Assembly (NCBI GenBank): GCA_032718475.1
Contig: JAUCBJ010009123.1
Location: forward strand, 4,768 to 68,767
Direction of reading: 5' to 3'
DNA from: Nemertoderma westbladi
Lineage: Eukaryota > Animalia > Xenacoelomorpha
DNA: 64,000 nt
The notes beneath the pieces are model-generated. The model had not been told where the DNA came from and made no database searches. It saw only the letters and a list, made by a program, of their open reading frames with translations. Made by a program: the position numbers and the translations under genes. This document shows, one piece after another, positions 11,503 through 22,561 of the stretch. The first letter of the stretch is position 1. The number at the start of each line of letters is the position of its first letter.

Positions 11503-12189
11503 GATGTCATAAATAGTCAACTCCAATATTTAACTACCTGTGATTGAATTAAGAAGCGCAGAACCTTCACTCAGAAGAATGATTATTTATTTATCTCGAG
11601 CAATTTGCAATATATTACACTTGGTGGTTTGTTACTTGATTGACGCGGCACTCAATTTCGGCACTAAATACAACATTAAGTGCAAGTAGCCCTACCTAGA
11701 AGCTAGAACCTACGGATAAGTACAAGTAGGCCTACCTAGAAGCATTTGTAAGCAAGGATTTGTAAATATCGTCTCCCACAAACTAATGTATGCCACCTGT
11801 TCTGTTCTATTCACGAATATACGGTACGCTCACATCTTGCGCCTGTCATTGTGTATGCTGCAACTCAGCAACTGTTAAATTTACACAGAAGCGGTAAAAG
11901 GCGGGTAATTTATCTCTGTTGTACTTGTATATGTCGGTAGGTGCCAGAAAATCAACTGCAACCACAAAATACAAAGTTATGAGAAAACAGCAGCTACAGT
12001 AGCTGCATTGTTTGTAGGGTAGCTAGGCAACGGTGATCAGCTGGTAGCAGCTGTCCTTTTCGTTGTTTACCGGTACAGTTTTATTATTATTATCAGGTTA
12101 TATTATTCCCTAAGTACTAGAAACTACGTCATTGCAGGTTTGATTATGATTATTATAATAAAGCTACCTGTCTGACCTGTTAATTGGAA
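11503..12189. promoter_or_regulatory. Putative bidirectional promoter / 5' UTRs between divergent MINDY4 and DCAF17
   Basis: Head-to-head start codons <700 bp apart. Inferred from geometry only. Confidence 0.5.
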
Positions 12190-13401
12190 ATGCCATCTCT
12201 AACAACTCGAACATTATGTTCGCAGATGGAATACAACGTGTGCTCTGCGTTGTTATGGCGACAGCATGGCGTAGGTCCTCGCAACCAGGAACGTGTGGTT
12301 CATAGCGCCCTCCGTCGCCTGGTGGCCACGTCGAGCCGATCGTACCGCAAGGTGGCGCAACTTAGCAGCACCCGGCGAATGGCTTACGACGACAGACTCC
12401 TGTTCATAGATAATTATCAGTGTGCGTACAGTCTGCATGGGGTGTGCCGTCAGCCGGTGCTGGTGTGTCGGTATCCTATGGTGGGAAGGACAGTAAGCGA
12501 TGTGGCTGTGTGTCAGGGGCCGCATATAACCGGCAGTTATATTATAATATTAGACGACAATAATAACTTAATTCAATGCGATTTGTTATCAGGAAATGTA
12601 ATGAAGAGAATAAAACTACCTAATCGATTTAAATTTAAATATTTAAATTGGAACATTTATTTGGAGACGCTTGTAGCGTCCTCGACTTTGAGTAATGGCC
12701 GAGGGTATGCAATACTTAGGGCGGTTCCACTCAGCTTCCAATGCTACTTCGTATTGGCCGCGGATATTTGTCGTAATCTGTCAATCTCCGACAACATGCT
12801 GACTTCGGAGAATAACAAACGTGTTGAAATTTACAGTTTAGAACGGTTGCTAGGCGATGAGAGTTCACTTAACAATCTCGAGTCAACCAATGGTGACTCA
12901 TTGCAACTCCAATCACATAACCTTATTGAGCCGCTAACAAGGACTATTAGTAAGTTAAGAGATCCTTTGTTTGAGACCCAATGTGGCGGAGGATATTGCG
13001 TCATAGGAGACTCACCTCCATTCCACTACATAGTGCGCTCTTTAGACCCAGGAGATGACTCATTCTACATACGTTGTCTCCATAATTCCTACTGCGTTGG
13101 CGTTCTAGAATGCGAACAGCGCCATCTAGCAGCAGGTGATCACTCTGCTTTGTTCCATCAGGACGATTCCGGTAGGGTTATCCACCAAACTCCGTACGCC
13201 GTCAACGTATACTGTATCGATAGTTCCCAACGGCAGTGCTGTCGACTCCGACTGCTGTACTCGGTAGACGTCAGTAGCGGCTACCAGCCACCCGATGCAG
13301 TGCAGACCCGTTCCGGCCGACAGGTGGTCCGACCAACCATGTACACTAGCTCCTCCGACATCGAGCCCATCCACTCATTTAATTCCGAGGATGAGTTACA
13401 G
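12190..13401 (+). CDS. DCAF17: DDB1- and CUL4-associated factor 17, coding exon 1 (start ATG 12190 or 12226)
   Basis: NVCSALLWR~NVCSRLSRR, LRRLV, MAYDDRLLFIDNY~IAYERGRIYFDNY, FKYLNW~FRYLSW, FHQDDSGRVIH~FHPDASGRIIH, TRSGR~TASGR, SEDELQ~YEDELD. Phase-0 donor CAG|GTTAGA. Confidence 0.88.
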
Positions 13402-14203
13402 GTTAGAAACTTCCAATTATTTTTCCCCCAATCAGTGCAATAACTCAAATTATTTATATATTAGCACAAGATACAGGAACCTCCGCGATTTTTAGATTAA
13501 ACTCAGCTGTTGTATTTGCCTATTTTGTATTAACCCGTCATTTTTAGGAAAATAAGTTGACTTTGTTTCACTTCCATCTATTTGTTTGTAGGAATAAAAT
13601 CCAAAACGTGAGTATTGAATCGGTTAATTTTGAGAAATGATATCTACAGTATTTACATCATTGGTTGAAAAGTAACTCTTTTCAACTGGGATGGCATAAC
13701 GAAACGAAACTAAAGAAATTTAAATTTCGCTTCGTTTTCATAAATTTAGTTTCTTCATTTTTTCCACTCCAGTGAAATATTCGTTTCGTTTTTTATCAAT
13801 CTATAAAAAAAAATTGGTCTTAGTCGTTTCGTTTCATACATTTTAAGAGTTAATATTTTTTAAGAGTTCTAGAGTTAATATACGGAAATAATAACCTGAA
13901 GCGAATAAAGCTGAATAATCACTGATGCCGTTCCAGAAGCAAATTAACCTGTATAATTACCGAGGCCGCAGGCCGAGGTTAGGTTAATTTGCTGAAGGAT
14001 AAGGCAGAGGTGATAATTACAGTTTTATTCGCTTCGGGTTATTATTTCCGTATTATTAACTCTAGGATATTGCAATATTGCTTTATTGTTAATTAGAGCA
14101 TATTGAACATAATAACAGCATTATTTATGTATTTAAATACATTTTTACAAGGATAATGTTCTAGGTAATACAACAGGCATGTTCATTACTTTCTGGCGAT
14201 TTT

Positions 14204-14450
14204 AAGTCCCACCTTGCGTAGCGGTTAATTCCATCGCCATAGATTTACATCCCTCCAGAGGTCGTGGGTTCTACCCCTCCAGGCGGGCCAGGATAGTTTT
14301 CGTTTTGGCATAAATGCTTTAAATGGGTTAGCCAGAGCGGATCTCTGCTTTCTTATATCTTCCTTAGACTTCGTTAAATGAGTACCACTTATCTCTAGGG
14401 AGTATAGTGCTGGGGGGACTATACTGGAAATGAGTCGTGAGACGATCTTT
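14204..14450 (+). mobile_element. Decayed tRNA-derived SINE copy embedded in the hairpin element (second copy ~29085-29330)
   Basis: Similar to 39490-39760: AAGTCCCAC..GTAG.GG, GGTCGT..GTTC, AGTTTTCGTTT.GGCA..AATGCTTTAAA, TAAATGAGTAC, GGGAGTATAGT.CTGGGGG. Confidence 0.6.
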
Positions 14451-14843
14451 TCTATTTTTTCTTATTTGTTATAAAAGCCTTTCCTTGTATTTTTCCGTTT
14501 CCGCACTCATTGCATCTAACATAAAGGTTGGGACGACTAAATCTGTGCAACCTTTTTTTAATATGTAGCTACGATTTTACTATATAGTCAATTTAATAAT
14601 GACATTAATAAAATGACAAACAACGGAACGACCTTAAGTTTATTTTTCTTGCCGTTTATATCTAATTTAATGAGGTCGGATCGCTTTTAGTAAAGTCAGT
14701 TTGTAATAATAATAAACTTCCTTACGAATGCTGCAGTAGAATTCAATGTGAGATTCAGTCATTCTCATTGAGATGGACATTTCTTTTAACGGCGCGGCGA
14801 TATGTTTGGTATATTTGCCGTACCATAGGATTATACATTAAAT

Positions 14844-15995
14844 TGTATGAATATACTATAAAATATATATTCTGTATGAATATACTATATAATATATTTT
14901 CTGTATGAATATACTATAAAATATATTTTCTGTATGAATATACTATAAAATATATTTTCTGTACGAATATACTATAAAATATATTTTCTGTACGAATATA
15001 CTATAAAATATATTTTCTGTACGAATATACTATAAAATATATTTTCTGTATGAATATACTATAAAATATATTTTCTGTATGAATATACTATAAAATATAA
15101 TTTCTGTACGAATATACCATAAAATATATTTTCTGTATGAATATACTATAAAATATATTTTCTGTACGAATATACTATAAAATATATTTTCTGTATGAAT
15201 ATACTATAAAATATATTTTCTGTATGAATATACAGTACTATAAAATATATTTCCTGTACGAATATACTATAAAATATATTTTCTGTACGAATATACTATA
15301 AAATATATTTTCTGTATGAATATACTATAAAATATATTTTCTGTACGAATAAACTATAAAATATATTTTCTGTATTCGAATATACTATAAAATATATTTT
15401 CTGTATGAATATACTATAAAATATATTTTCTGTACGAATATACTACCGGTATAAAATATATTTTCTGTATGAATATATTATAAAATATATTTTCTGTATG
15501 AATATACTATAAAATATATTTTCTGTACGAATATACTATAAAATATATTTTCTGTATGAATATACTATAAAATATATTTTCTGTACGAATATACTATAAA
15601 ATATATTTTCTGTATGAATATACTATAAAATATATTTTCCGTATGAATATACTATAAAATATATTTTCTGTATGAATATACTATAAAATATATTTTCTGT
15701 ATGAATATACTATAAAATATATTTTCTGTACGAATATACTATAAAATATATTTTCTGTATGAATATACTATAAAATATATTTTCTGTATGAATATACTAT
15801 AAAATATATTTTCTGTATGAATATACTATAAAATATATTTTCTGTATGAATATACTATAAAATATATTTTCTGTATGAATATACTATAAAATATATTTTT
15901 TCTGTATGAATATACTATAAAATATATTTTCTGTATGAATATACTATAAAATATATTTTCTGTATGAATATACTATAAAATATATTTTCTGTATG
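14844..15995 (+). repeat. 29-bp AT-rich satellite (TGTAYGAATATACTATAAAATATATTTTC), left block, ~40 units
   Basis: Directly visible period of 29. Confidence 0.97.
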
Positions 15996-16589
15996 CGCCA
16001 GACCCCCTATGGGTGTCTAGCATGGCCTGTGGATATATGGGGTGAAGGATGAACCGGTCGGCAGTCAGGATGCCTATTCATTCTGGCTTAGAGATAAAGG
16101 ACTCTGTACCCGTCTCCATTCTGTCCAGCTATCTGCCTGTCTGCACTTCCCGCAGTACAGCAGTGCCGGTACTCGTCGGGCTGTCAGGTACAGATACCGT
16201 ACCTCGCGCTGACAGTCTCCCCGGCAACCCGGCCTATCTACCTGGCCGTGTAGTACCAGTATCTAGCCGGTATCTACCAGCCGGTATCTACCAACCGGTA
16301 TCGCTACGTACCCATTACAGCATTACCCGCCTACCTGGCCTACCTACCTGGCCGGGCGTCCGCCAATACATTGCCCTACCTATATACTGACTGACTGACG
16401 TACCGGTACACTTTACCTGCTTTGTGTTATATATATACATATATATCTATATATTCCTATCGTTGTGTTCTGGTGTTGTGAACTGATATGCCCTTGCTTG
16501 AATCATATATATCAGTATATAGTAAGCCTATGTAAAGGAACTATATCTATATCGTTTTATACCGCCTCAGATACACTTCCACTCTGGCG
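15996..16589 (+). repeat. 5' LTR (CGCCAGA...TCTGGCG)
   Basis: Direct repeat of 21968..22561 with 7-bp inverted termini. Confidence 0.92.
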
Positions 16590-16602
16590 TGGTGGCAGCG
16601 GT
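16590..16602 (+). promoter_or_regulatory. Primer-binding site TGGTGGCAGCGGT, complementary to the 3' end of tRNA-Leu (AAG/TAG type)
   Basis: Lies immediately 3' of the 5' LTR. It is the reverse complement of ...ACCGCTGCCA-CCA, the metazoan tRNA-Leu(AAG) 3' end. Confidence 0.8.
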
Positions 16603-16847
16603 CTCGGAAACGAATCCCAATCACAACGGTAAACTACTTTACTCGTACGGCACCCTACCTGCCTACGGTAATAGGCCTATCGGTATCGTAAACGCGGGTA
16701 CCGGATCGGTACTTGCACTGACTGACTGAAATACTGAAATAGACCACTATACGTTGATCAAACTTCCGGTACGCATTACTTCTGTACTTACTGCCTTTGA
16801 TTATCTGTGTATTTCTGAAGTTCAAATATTCTACATTTTATATTCTG

Positions 16848-19800
16848 ATGGCTGTACATCACACACTCAAAACGCCACGGTTAAATCCACTCACAAAGAC
16901 TGAATCAATCAGCTCTTTTGAAGCGTGGCGACAAACACTAGTGTACAGTTTGTCATTAGATCCCGAGTTTGCACGTTTTACTGCAGAGGGGTCCAGGTGG
17001 ACTAAAGCTTCAGCTCAACACCCCACCCGAGGCCTGGTTGATGATGACCACACTGTGCCAGCTGCTCAACGACGCACAGCACTTCAGAAAGTCACAGCCC
17101 TTGAACTATTACTCGGTCAAATTGCAAATTATGCTCCGATCATTTCGCGTAACTCTATTGTACGAGCATCTACCTCACTACCAGCTATCTGGCAAGCATT
17201 ACGTTTACATTTCGGATTCGAGTCATCTGGGGCTCATTTTCTCGATTTTAATTCTATTCAATTACAGCATGAAGAACGTCCAGAAGACCTCTATCAGCGC
17301 ATTGTCGCCTTTGTCGACGACAACCTGCTCACTCGTGATGGAGGCATAACACACTTCAACGAAACCCCTACTTCTGATGAGGAAGTTTCCCCGTCTTTGG
17401 AGAACTTCATAGTCATTACGTGGCTTCGACTAATCCATGAAGACCTCCCCCAACTTGTAAAGCAAAGGTACGGTACTGAGCTCCGCTCACGTACTCTTGC
17501 CACGATTAAGCAGGAGATTAGCCAAGCACTGCCTTCCCTGCTCGATGAACTTCGAGCATCTGCCGATGTCCGCACCTTCCGTACCAATGTTTCCAATAAA
17601 CCACGATACAGCTTGTCACGCACATCTTCAAGTATATCCCGTCGAGATCCACCCCGATCCCGAACTCAATTGCCACGACCAAGCAAGGTATGCCCTTTAT
17701 GTCAGCAGGCCAACCGGCCAACCACTGATCACTATTTGAGTGCTTGTCGGTACTTACCTGAACAGGATCGACAGTATTTTGTGAGAACCAGGTGCGTTGA
17801 TCTATACGACTATGATGAATACTCCGAGGAAGAAATCGATCAATCAGGTGATCCCATAGGCACTGTACCTACCCCTAATGTTAACCGAGTTGCTGTTATT
17901 CGGTCACCATATCTAGATGTTATGTATGGACCACGCCCCTTACAGCTCTTACTTGATTGTGGTGCAGAGAGTGACTTGATACGTGAGTCATTTGCCCATG
18001 AGCTAGGTCTTACTATAACACCTAGTAAACGCCAGGTTCCAGCCCTTGCCGACGGTCAATCCACTCTGCTTGTGTCTGGGGAAACCCGCTTCTGTCTAAA
18101 CCGTGGCAAACTAAAGTTTGACTTCCAGGGACTGGTTATCCCCAACCTGGGGTCACCGATAATTGGTGGAATGCCTTTCCTCAGTACAAATGACGTTGGA
18201 ATCCGTGCAGCCAACAACCAGATTACTTTCAGAGATGGGTCGAGTACGTCGTATGGGACTCATCCTCATAATGTAAAACATGCTCGCCATCATGATGCAC
18301 CCCTCCTCCGTGCCTCTGCACGATCTGTTGTAGTATGGCCTGGCAATAGCCTGCAATTAGCTCTACCACCAGCTGTCATTGATGAGGATTCTCTGTTGTT
18401 AGCACCACACATCCCAATAGGTGATCATAATATACTAAAACAACAGTGGTTTTCACCCATTTTGTCCCAGCCTTGTGATGGATATGTTAGTATTATGAAT
18501 ACCACAACTATACCAGTGTCAATCAAACGACACTCTCATGTGTGCACTGCTACCCCTGTTGGAGTCCTACCTGATTCTGAGTATTCCCCTGTAATGCCAC
18601 ATACACCCATCATACGTTCAGTAACCTCAGCTAAACAGCCAAATATTGGCGCCATTAAACTTGACCCTGACCATCTCTTAACCCAGCCACAGCGGGATGA
18701 TTTGATGGCCATTATCTTACGTTATGCTTCAGTTTTCGATGCCCAGTACCCTGGCTACAATGGAGCAGTTGGACCTTTTGAGGCTGTGGTTAACATGGGC
18801 CCTACCCTACCCCCCCAACAGAAGGGCCGCATCCCACAGTATGGAAGGAATAGACTTGTAGAATTACAGGACCGCTTCGACGAATTAGAAAACCTTGGTG
18901 TCTTCTCCACCCCTGAAAGAGCTGGCATCCAAGTTGAATACCTCAGCCCGTCATTTCTTGTCACCAAACCTAGTGGAGGTACACGTTTAGTAACCGCATT
19001 CAATGAGATCGCACGTTATGCGAAGCCACAACCTTCCCTCCTACCAGACGTGAATTCAACCCTTCGAGCTGTAGGCAGATACAAATACATTGTAAAAACT
19101 GACTTAGTCAGCGCCTTTTATCAAATTCCCTTAAAACGTGAATCAATGCGATATTGTGGAGTTGTTACTCCTTTCCGAGGAGTACGGGTATACAACCGAT
19201 GTGCCATGGGCATGCCGGGGTCTGAGACCGCATTAGAAGAGCTCATGTGCCGAGTTTTTAGTGATCTCTTGATGGAAGGGGTCATTACCAAAATCGCAGA
19301 TGACATCTACTGTGGGGGAGAGTCAGTTGCTGAACTAGCAGTAAACTTCGCTGCCATGCTCGCTGCCCTGGATCGATGTAACCTCCGTCTAGCACCTCAT
19401 AAAACCGTCATTTGCCCCAACTCTACAACCATTCTTGGTTGGCGTTGGACCCAAGGAGCACTCTCTGCATCCCCTCACATAGTTTCAACCCTTGCGACAT
19501 GTGAAGCACCTGACAACATCCGCTCATTACGATCCTTCATAGGCTCCTATAAGGTTCTTTCCAAGGTACTCCCTCGATGTTCTGCACTCATTGCTCCACT
19601 TGATGAACTCGTTTATGGCCAACCACGTGACCCTGTGGCATGGACTGAATCCACGTCTGCAGCCTTTCGATGTGCCCAGGCATCATTGAAAAATTGCCGC
19701 TCCATCACCATCCCTCATCCCAGTGACGAACTCTTTATCGTGACCGACGCTGCATCTAGCACTGACGGTCTTGGAGCAGTATTATATGCTCGCCGTGGCT

Positions 19801-21731
19801 CACGTCTTCTTCTGGGTGGGTTTTATTCAGCCAAACTACGAGTCCACCAGCGTATCTGGCTTCCATGTGAGTTAGAGGCACTCGCCATTGCATCCTCTGT
19901 TCACCACTTTGCACCTTACCTGACCCAGTCTTTAACATTATCACATGTGGTAACCGATAGTAAGCCGTGTGTGGAGGCATATGCCAAGTTGGTTCGTGGA
20001 GCCTACTCTGCTAGCCCTCGTCTCACGACATTCTTGTCTACCCTCAGTCAGCACCATCTCACCGTTGTCCATATTACAGGTTCCCGCAACTTACCTGCCG
20101 ATTTCCAGAGCCGAAATGCGCCTACTTGCACTGACCGTTGCTGCCAAATTTGCAACTTTGCTGATGATTTGTCTAATGAACCTGTTGTTCGTGCAGTAAT
20201 GTCGACTGATACCCCAACCGATAGTATTGAGAAACAGAATCCACGACCATTATATACAACTCGTTCTACATGGTTGCTCATGCAACAGGAGTGCACCAAC
20301 CTCCGCCGTACAAAGGCGCACCTGTCACAGGGAACCCGTCCATCCAAGAAAGAGACGACAATCCGCGATATTAAGCGCTATTTGGGTTGTGCAACTATTG
20401 CTTCTGATGGCTTACTTGTTGTTCGCCGCCCCGTTGACTTCTCTGCCCCCCGGGAACTCATTATTGTCCCACGTCATGCTTTAGCTGGCCTACTCATGTC
20501 TTTGCACCTTGAGTTAGGACACCCATCTAAGTCACAACTCCGACAGTCAGTAATGCGTTATTTCTACGCCCTTGACATGGACCGTGCCATAGAGGCAACT
20601 ACCACTGGGTGTACCCAATGTACTGCCCTTCAATCGGCCCCTCCTCGTGTTTTGCCACAGACATCTGAGGATCCTCCTGCTGTCATAGGCATCTCTCTCG
20701 CTGCTGACATTATCAAGCGTCACCGCCAATTGATACTACTTGTACGAGAAACTATTTCATCCTATACGACAGCATCTATTATACCCGACGAACGTCACAC
20801 TACAATACGCGATGCTCTCCTTGCTTTATGTGTCGGGTTATGTCCCTTAGCTGCCCCACATACGGTTATTCGGACTGATCCAGCACCAGGATTTAGAGCC
20901 CTTGTAAACGACAATGTACTCACATCCCATAATTTACGCATTGAGTTAGGGAGACCGAAAAACATCAATAAAAACCCAGTGGCTGAGCATGCCATCCGTG
21001 AGTTAGAAGAAGAACTTGTAAAGCTCCACCCATCTGGTGGACCCTATTCAGCCGTGTCTATCGCCCTAGCTGTATCCCGTCTAAATGCCCGTATCAGGTC
21101 TCCTGGCATATCTGCACGTGAAATGTTCCATCAACGAGACCAATACACTGGTGAGCAACTTCCGATTGTTGACAGCCAGTTAATCGCCAATCAACACCAG
21201 TCACGCTTGGCAAACCACTTGTCCAGTGCACAATCTAAGGTGCCTTGTCCTAAGAAACCAAATCAATCTCCACCAATTTCTGTTGGTGACCTTGTATATT
21301 TGTACAGAGACCCTCCTAACCTACATACTCGCCCACGTTATATCGTGTCTACCGCAGACATTGATTGGCTTAGTGTACGAAAGTTTACTGGTTCTCAATT
21401 ACGGGCACAAGCCTACCGCGTGCCACGTACGGAGTGCGTCCTTGTCCCACATCGTATCCCACACGAGCATGCCTATAACCATGCTACACATTCATCCGAT
21501 GATGAGGTTGAACTCAGTCCAGGCATCACTGTAGAGGTTCCACCTTCCAAGTCACCAACCCAGAACATGACCCATGTTGATGAGCCAGAACCAGAACCCA
21601 CAGCGCCCATTCGTAATTATGGTGATCCTCTGTTAATCAGCCCAAGTAAACAGGCAGATCTGCCAAATACACCAGAGGCTGTGACTCGACCCCGGCGACA
21701 GCGTAAACCCCCGGATTATTATGGCTACTAG
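16848..21731 (+). CDS. Gag-Pol polyprotein (gag, aspartic protease, RT, RNase H, integrase), uninterrupted
   Basis: C-X2-C-X9-H-X4-C knuckle. Protease LLDCGA. RT KTDLVSAFYQIPL, AMGMPGS, KIADDIY. RNase H VTDAAS, ELEALAI, TDSKP, ADFQSR. Integrase H..GH..CTQC, AADII, RTDPAPGF, AEHAIRE. First ATG at 16848. Confidence 0.95.
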   Translation: MAVHHTLKTPRLNPLTKTESISSFEAWRQTLVYSLSLDPEFARFTAEGSRWTKASAQHPTRGLVDDDHTVPAAQRRTALQKVTALELLLGQIANYAPIISRNSIVRASTSLPAIWQALRLHFGFESSGAHFLDFNSIQLQHEERPEDLYQRIVAFVDDNLLTRDGGITHFNETPTSDEEVSPSLENFIVITWLRLIHEDLPQLVKQRYGTELRSRTLATIKQEISQALPSLLDELRASADVRTFRTNVSNKPRYSLSRTSSSISRRDPPRSRTQLPRPSKVCPLCQQANRPTTDHYLSACRYLPEQDRQYFVRTRCVDLYDYDEYSEEEIDQSGDPIGTVPTPNVNRVAVIRSPYLDVMYGPRPLQLLLDCGAESDLIRESFAHELGLTITPSKRQVPALADGQSTLLVSGETRFCLNRGKLKFDFQGLVIPNLGSPIIGGMPFLSTNDVGIRAANNQITFRDGSSTSYGTHPHNVKHARHHDAPLLRASARSVVVWPGNSLQLALPPAVIDEDSLLLAPHIPIGDHNILKQQWFSPILSQPCDGYVSIMNTTTIPVSIKRHSHVCTATPVGVLPDSEYSPVMPHTPIIRSVTSAKQPNIGAIKLDPDHLLTQPQRDDLMAIILRYASVFDAQYPGYNGAVGPFEAVVNMGPTLPPQQKGRIPQYGRNRLVELQDRFDELENLGVFSTPERAGIQVEYLSPSFLVTKPSGGTRLVTAFNEIARYAKPQPSLLPDVNSTLRAVGRYKYIVKTDLVSAFYQIPLKRESMRYCGVVTPFRGVRVYNRCAMGMPGSETALEELMCRVFSDLLMEGVITKIADDIYCGGESVAELAVNFAAMLAALDRCNLRLAPHKTVICPNSTTILGWRWTQGALSASPHIVSTLATCEAPDNIRSLRSFIGSYKVLSKVLPRCSALIAPLDELVYGQPRDPVAWTESTSAAFRCAQASLKNCRSITIPHPSDELFIVTDAASSTDGLGAVLYARRGSRLLLGGFYSAKLRVHQRIWLPCELEALAIASSVHHFAPYLTQSLTLSHVVTDSKPCVEAYAKLVRGAYSASPRLTTFLSTLSQHHLTVVHITGSRNLPADFQSRNAPTCTDRCCQICNFADDLSNEPVVRAVMSTDTPTDSIEKQNPRPLYTTRSTWLLMQQECTNLRRTKAHLSQGTRPSKKETTIRDIKRYLGCATIASDGLLVVRRPVDFSAPRELIIVPRHALAGLLMSLHLELGHPSKSQLRQSVMRYFYALDMDRAIEATTTGCTQCTALQSAPPRVLPQTSEDPPAVIGISLAADIIKRHRQLILLVRETISSYTTASIIPDERHTTIRDALLALCVGLCPLAAPHTVIRTDPAPGFRALVNDNVLTSHNLRIELGRPKNINKNPVAEHAIRELEEELVKLHPSGGPYSAVSIALAVSRLNARIRSPGISAREMFHQRDQYTGEQLPIVDSQLIANQHQSRLANHLSSAQSKVPCPKKPNQSPPISVGDLVYLYRDPPNLHTRPRYIVSTADIDWLSVRKFTGSQLRAQAYRVPRTECVLVPHRIPHEHAYNHATHSSDDEVELSPGITVEVPPSKSPTQNMTHVDEPEPEPTAPIRNYGDPLLISPSKQADLPNTPEAVTRPRRQRKPPDYYGY

Positions 21732-21947
21732 GACACTAATGCACCAACGGTTAATTGTCTACCTGAAGGCCCTTTTGTATCTTTCTAAACTAACACGCGA
21801 AGTATATAACTGTCCGTATATGAAGCCATCCGTATAGTCAACGTTTGTTTGTTATATATTGTGTCTCACCTTGGAAACTGAAAGATTGATATAATAGATA
21901 TAATATCCATTTTGTAGAATGCGTATGGTGATACATTTACAGACTAT

Positions 21948-21964
21948 AAAGGGAAAGAAAGAGA
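21948..21964 (+). promoter_or_regulatory. Polypurine tract AAAGGGAAAGAAAGAGA
   Basis: Pure purine run 3 nt upstream of the 3' LTR. Confidence 0.85.
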
Positions 21965-21967
21965 TTG

Positions 21968-22561
21968 CGCCAGACCCCCTATGGGTGTCTAGCATGGCCT
22001 GTGGATATATGGGGTGAAGGATGAACCGGTCGGCAGTCAGGATGCCTATTCATTCTGGCTTAGAGATAAAGGACTCTGTACCCGTCTCCATTCTGTCCAG
22101 CTATCTGCCTGTCTGCACTTCCCGCAGTACAGCAGTGCCGGTACTCGTCGGGCTGTCAGGTACAGATACCGTACCTCGCGCTGACAGTCTCCCCGGCAAC
22201 CCGGCCTATCTACCTGGCCGTGTAGTACCAGTATCTAGCCGGTATCTACCAGCCGGTATCTACCAACCGGTATCGCTACGTACCCATTACAGCATTACCC
22301 GCCTACCTGGCCTACCTACCTGGCCGGGCGTCCGCCAATACATTGCCCTACCTATATACTGACTGACTGACGTACCGGTACACTTTACCTGCTTTGTGTT
22401 ATATATATACATATATATCTATATATTCCTATCGTTGTGTTCTGGTGTTGTGAACTGATATGCCCTTGCTTGAATCATATATATCAGTATATAGTAAGCC
22501 TATGTAAAGGAACTATATCTATATCGTTTTATACCGCCTCAGATACACTTCCACTCTGGCG
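21968..22561 (+). repeat. 3' LTR
   Basis: Direct repeat of 15996..16589. Confidence 0.92.

Larger units (their letters stand above)
15996..22561 (+). mobile_element. Full-length Gypsy-like LTR retrotransposon (6,566 bp)
   Basis: Two 594-bp LTRs identical by eye (offset 5972), PBS, PPT, a single gag-pol ORF in PR-RT-RH-IN order, and TSD ATG. Confidence 0.95.

Noticed and set aside
9760-11512. Multiple plus-strand ORFs over MINDY4 (and similar shadow ORFs over TAF1A, DCAF17, gag-pol and DCXR)
   Set aside because: Antisense or alternative-frame shadows of real GC-richer coding sequence.
13402-13443. ORF-track C-terminus VRNFQLFFPQSVQ of the 419-aa ORF
   Set aside because: Intron read-through. 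Homology continues in the exon at 32461.
16049-16390. 113-aa ORF duplicated at 22021..22362
   Set aside because: It lies within the LTRs, so the duplication simply reflects LTR identity. No recognisable domain.
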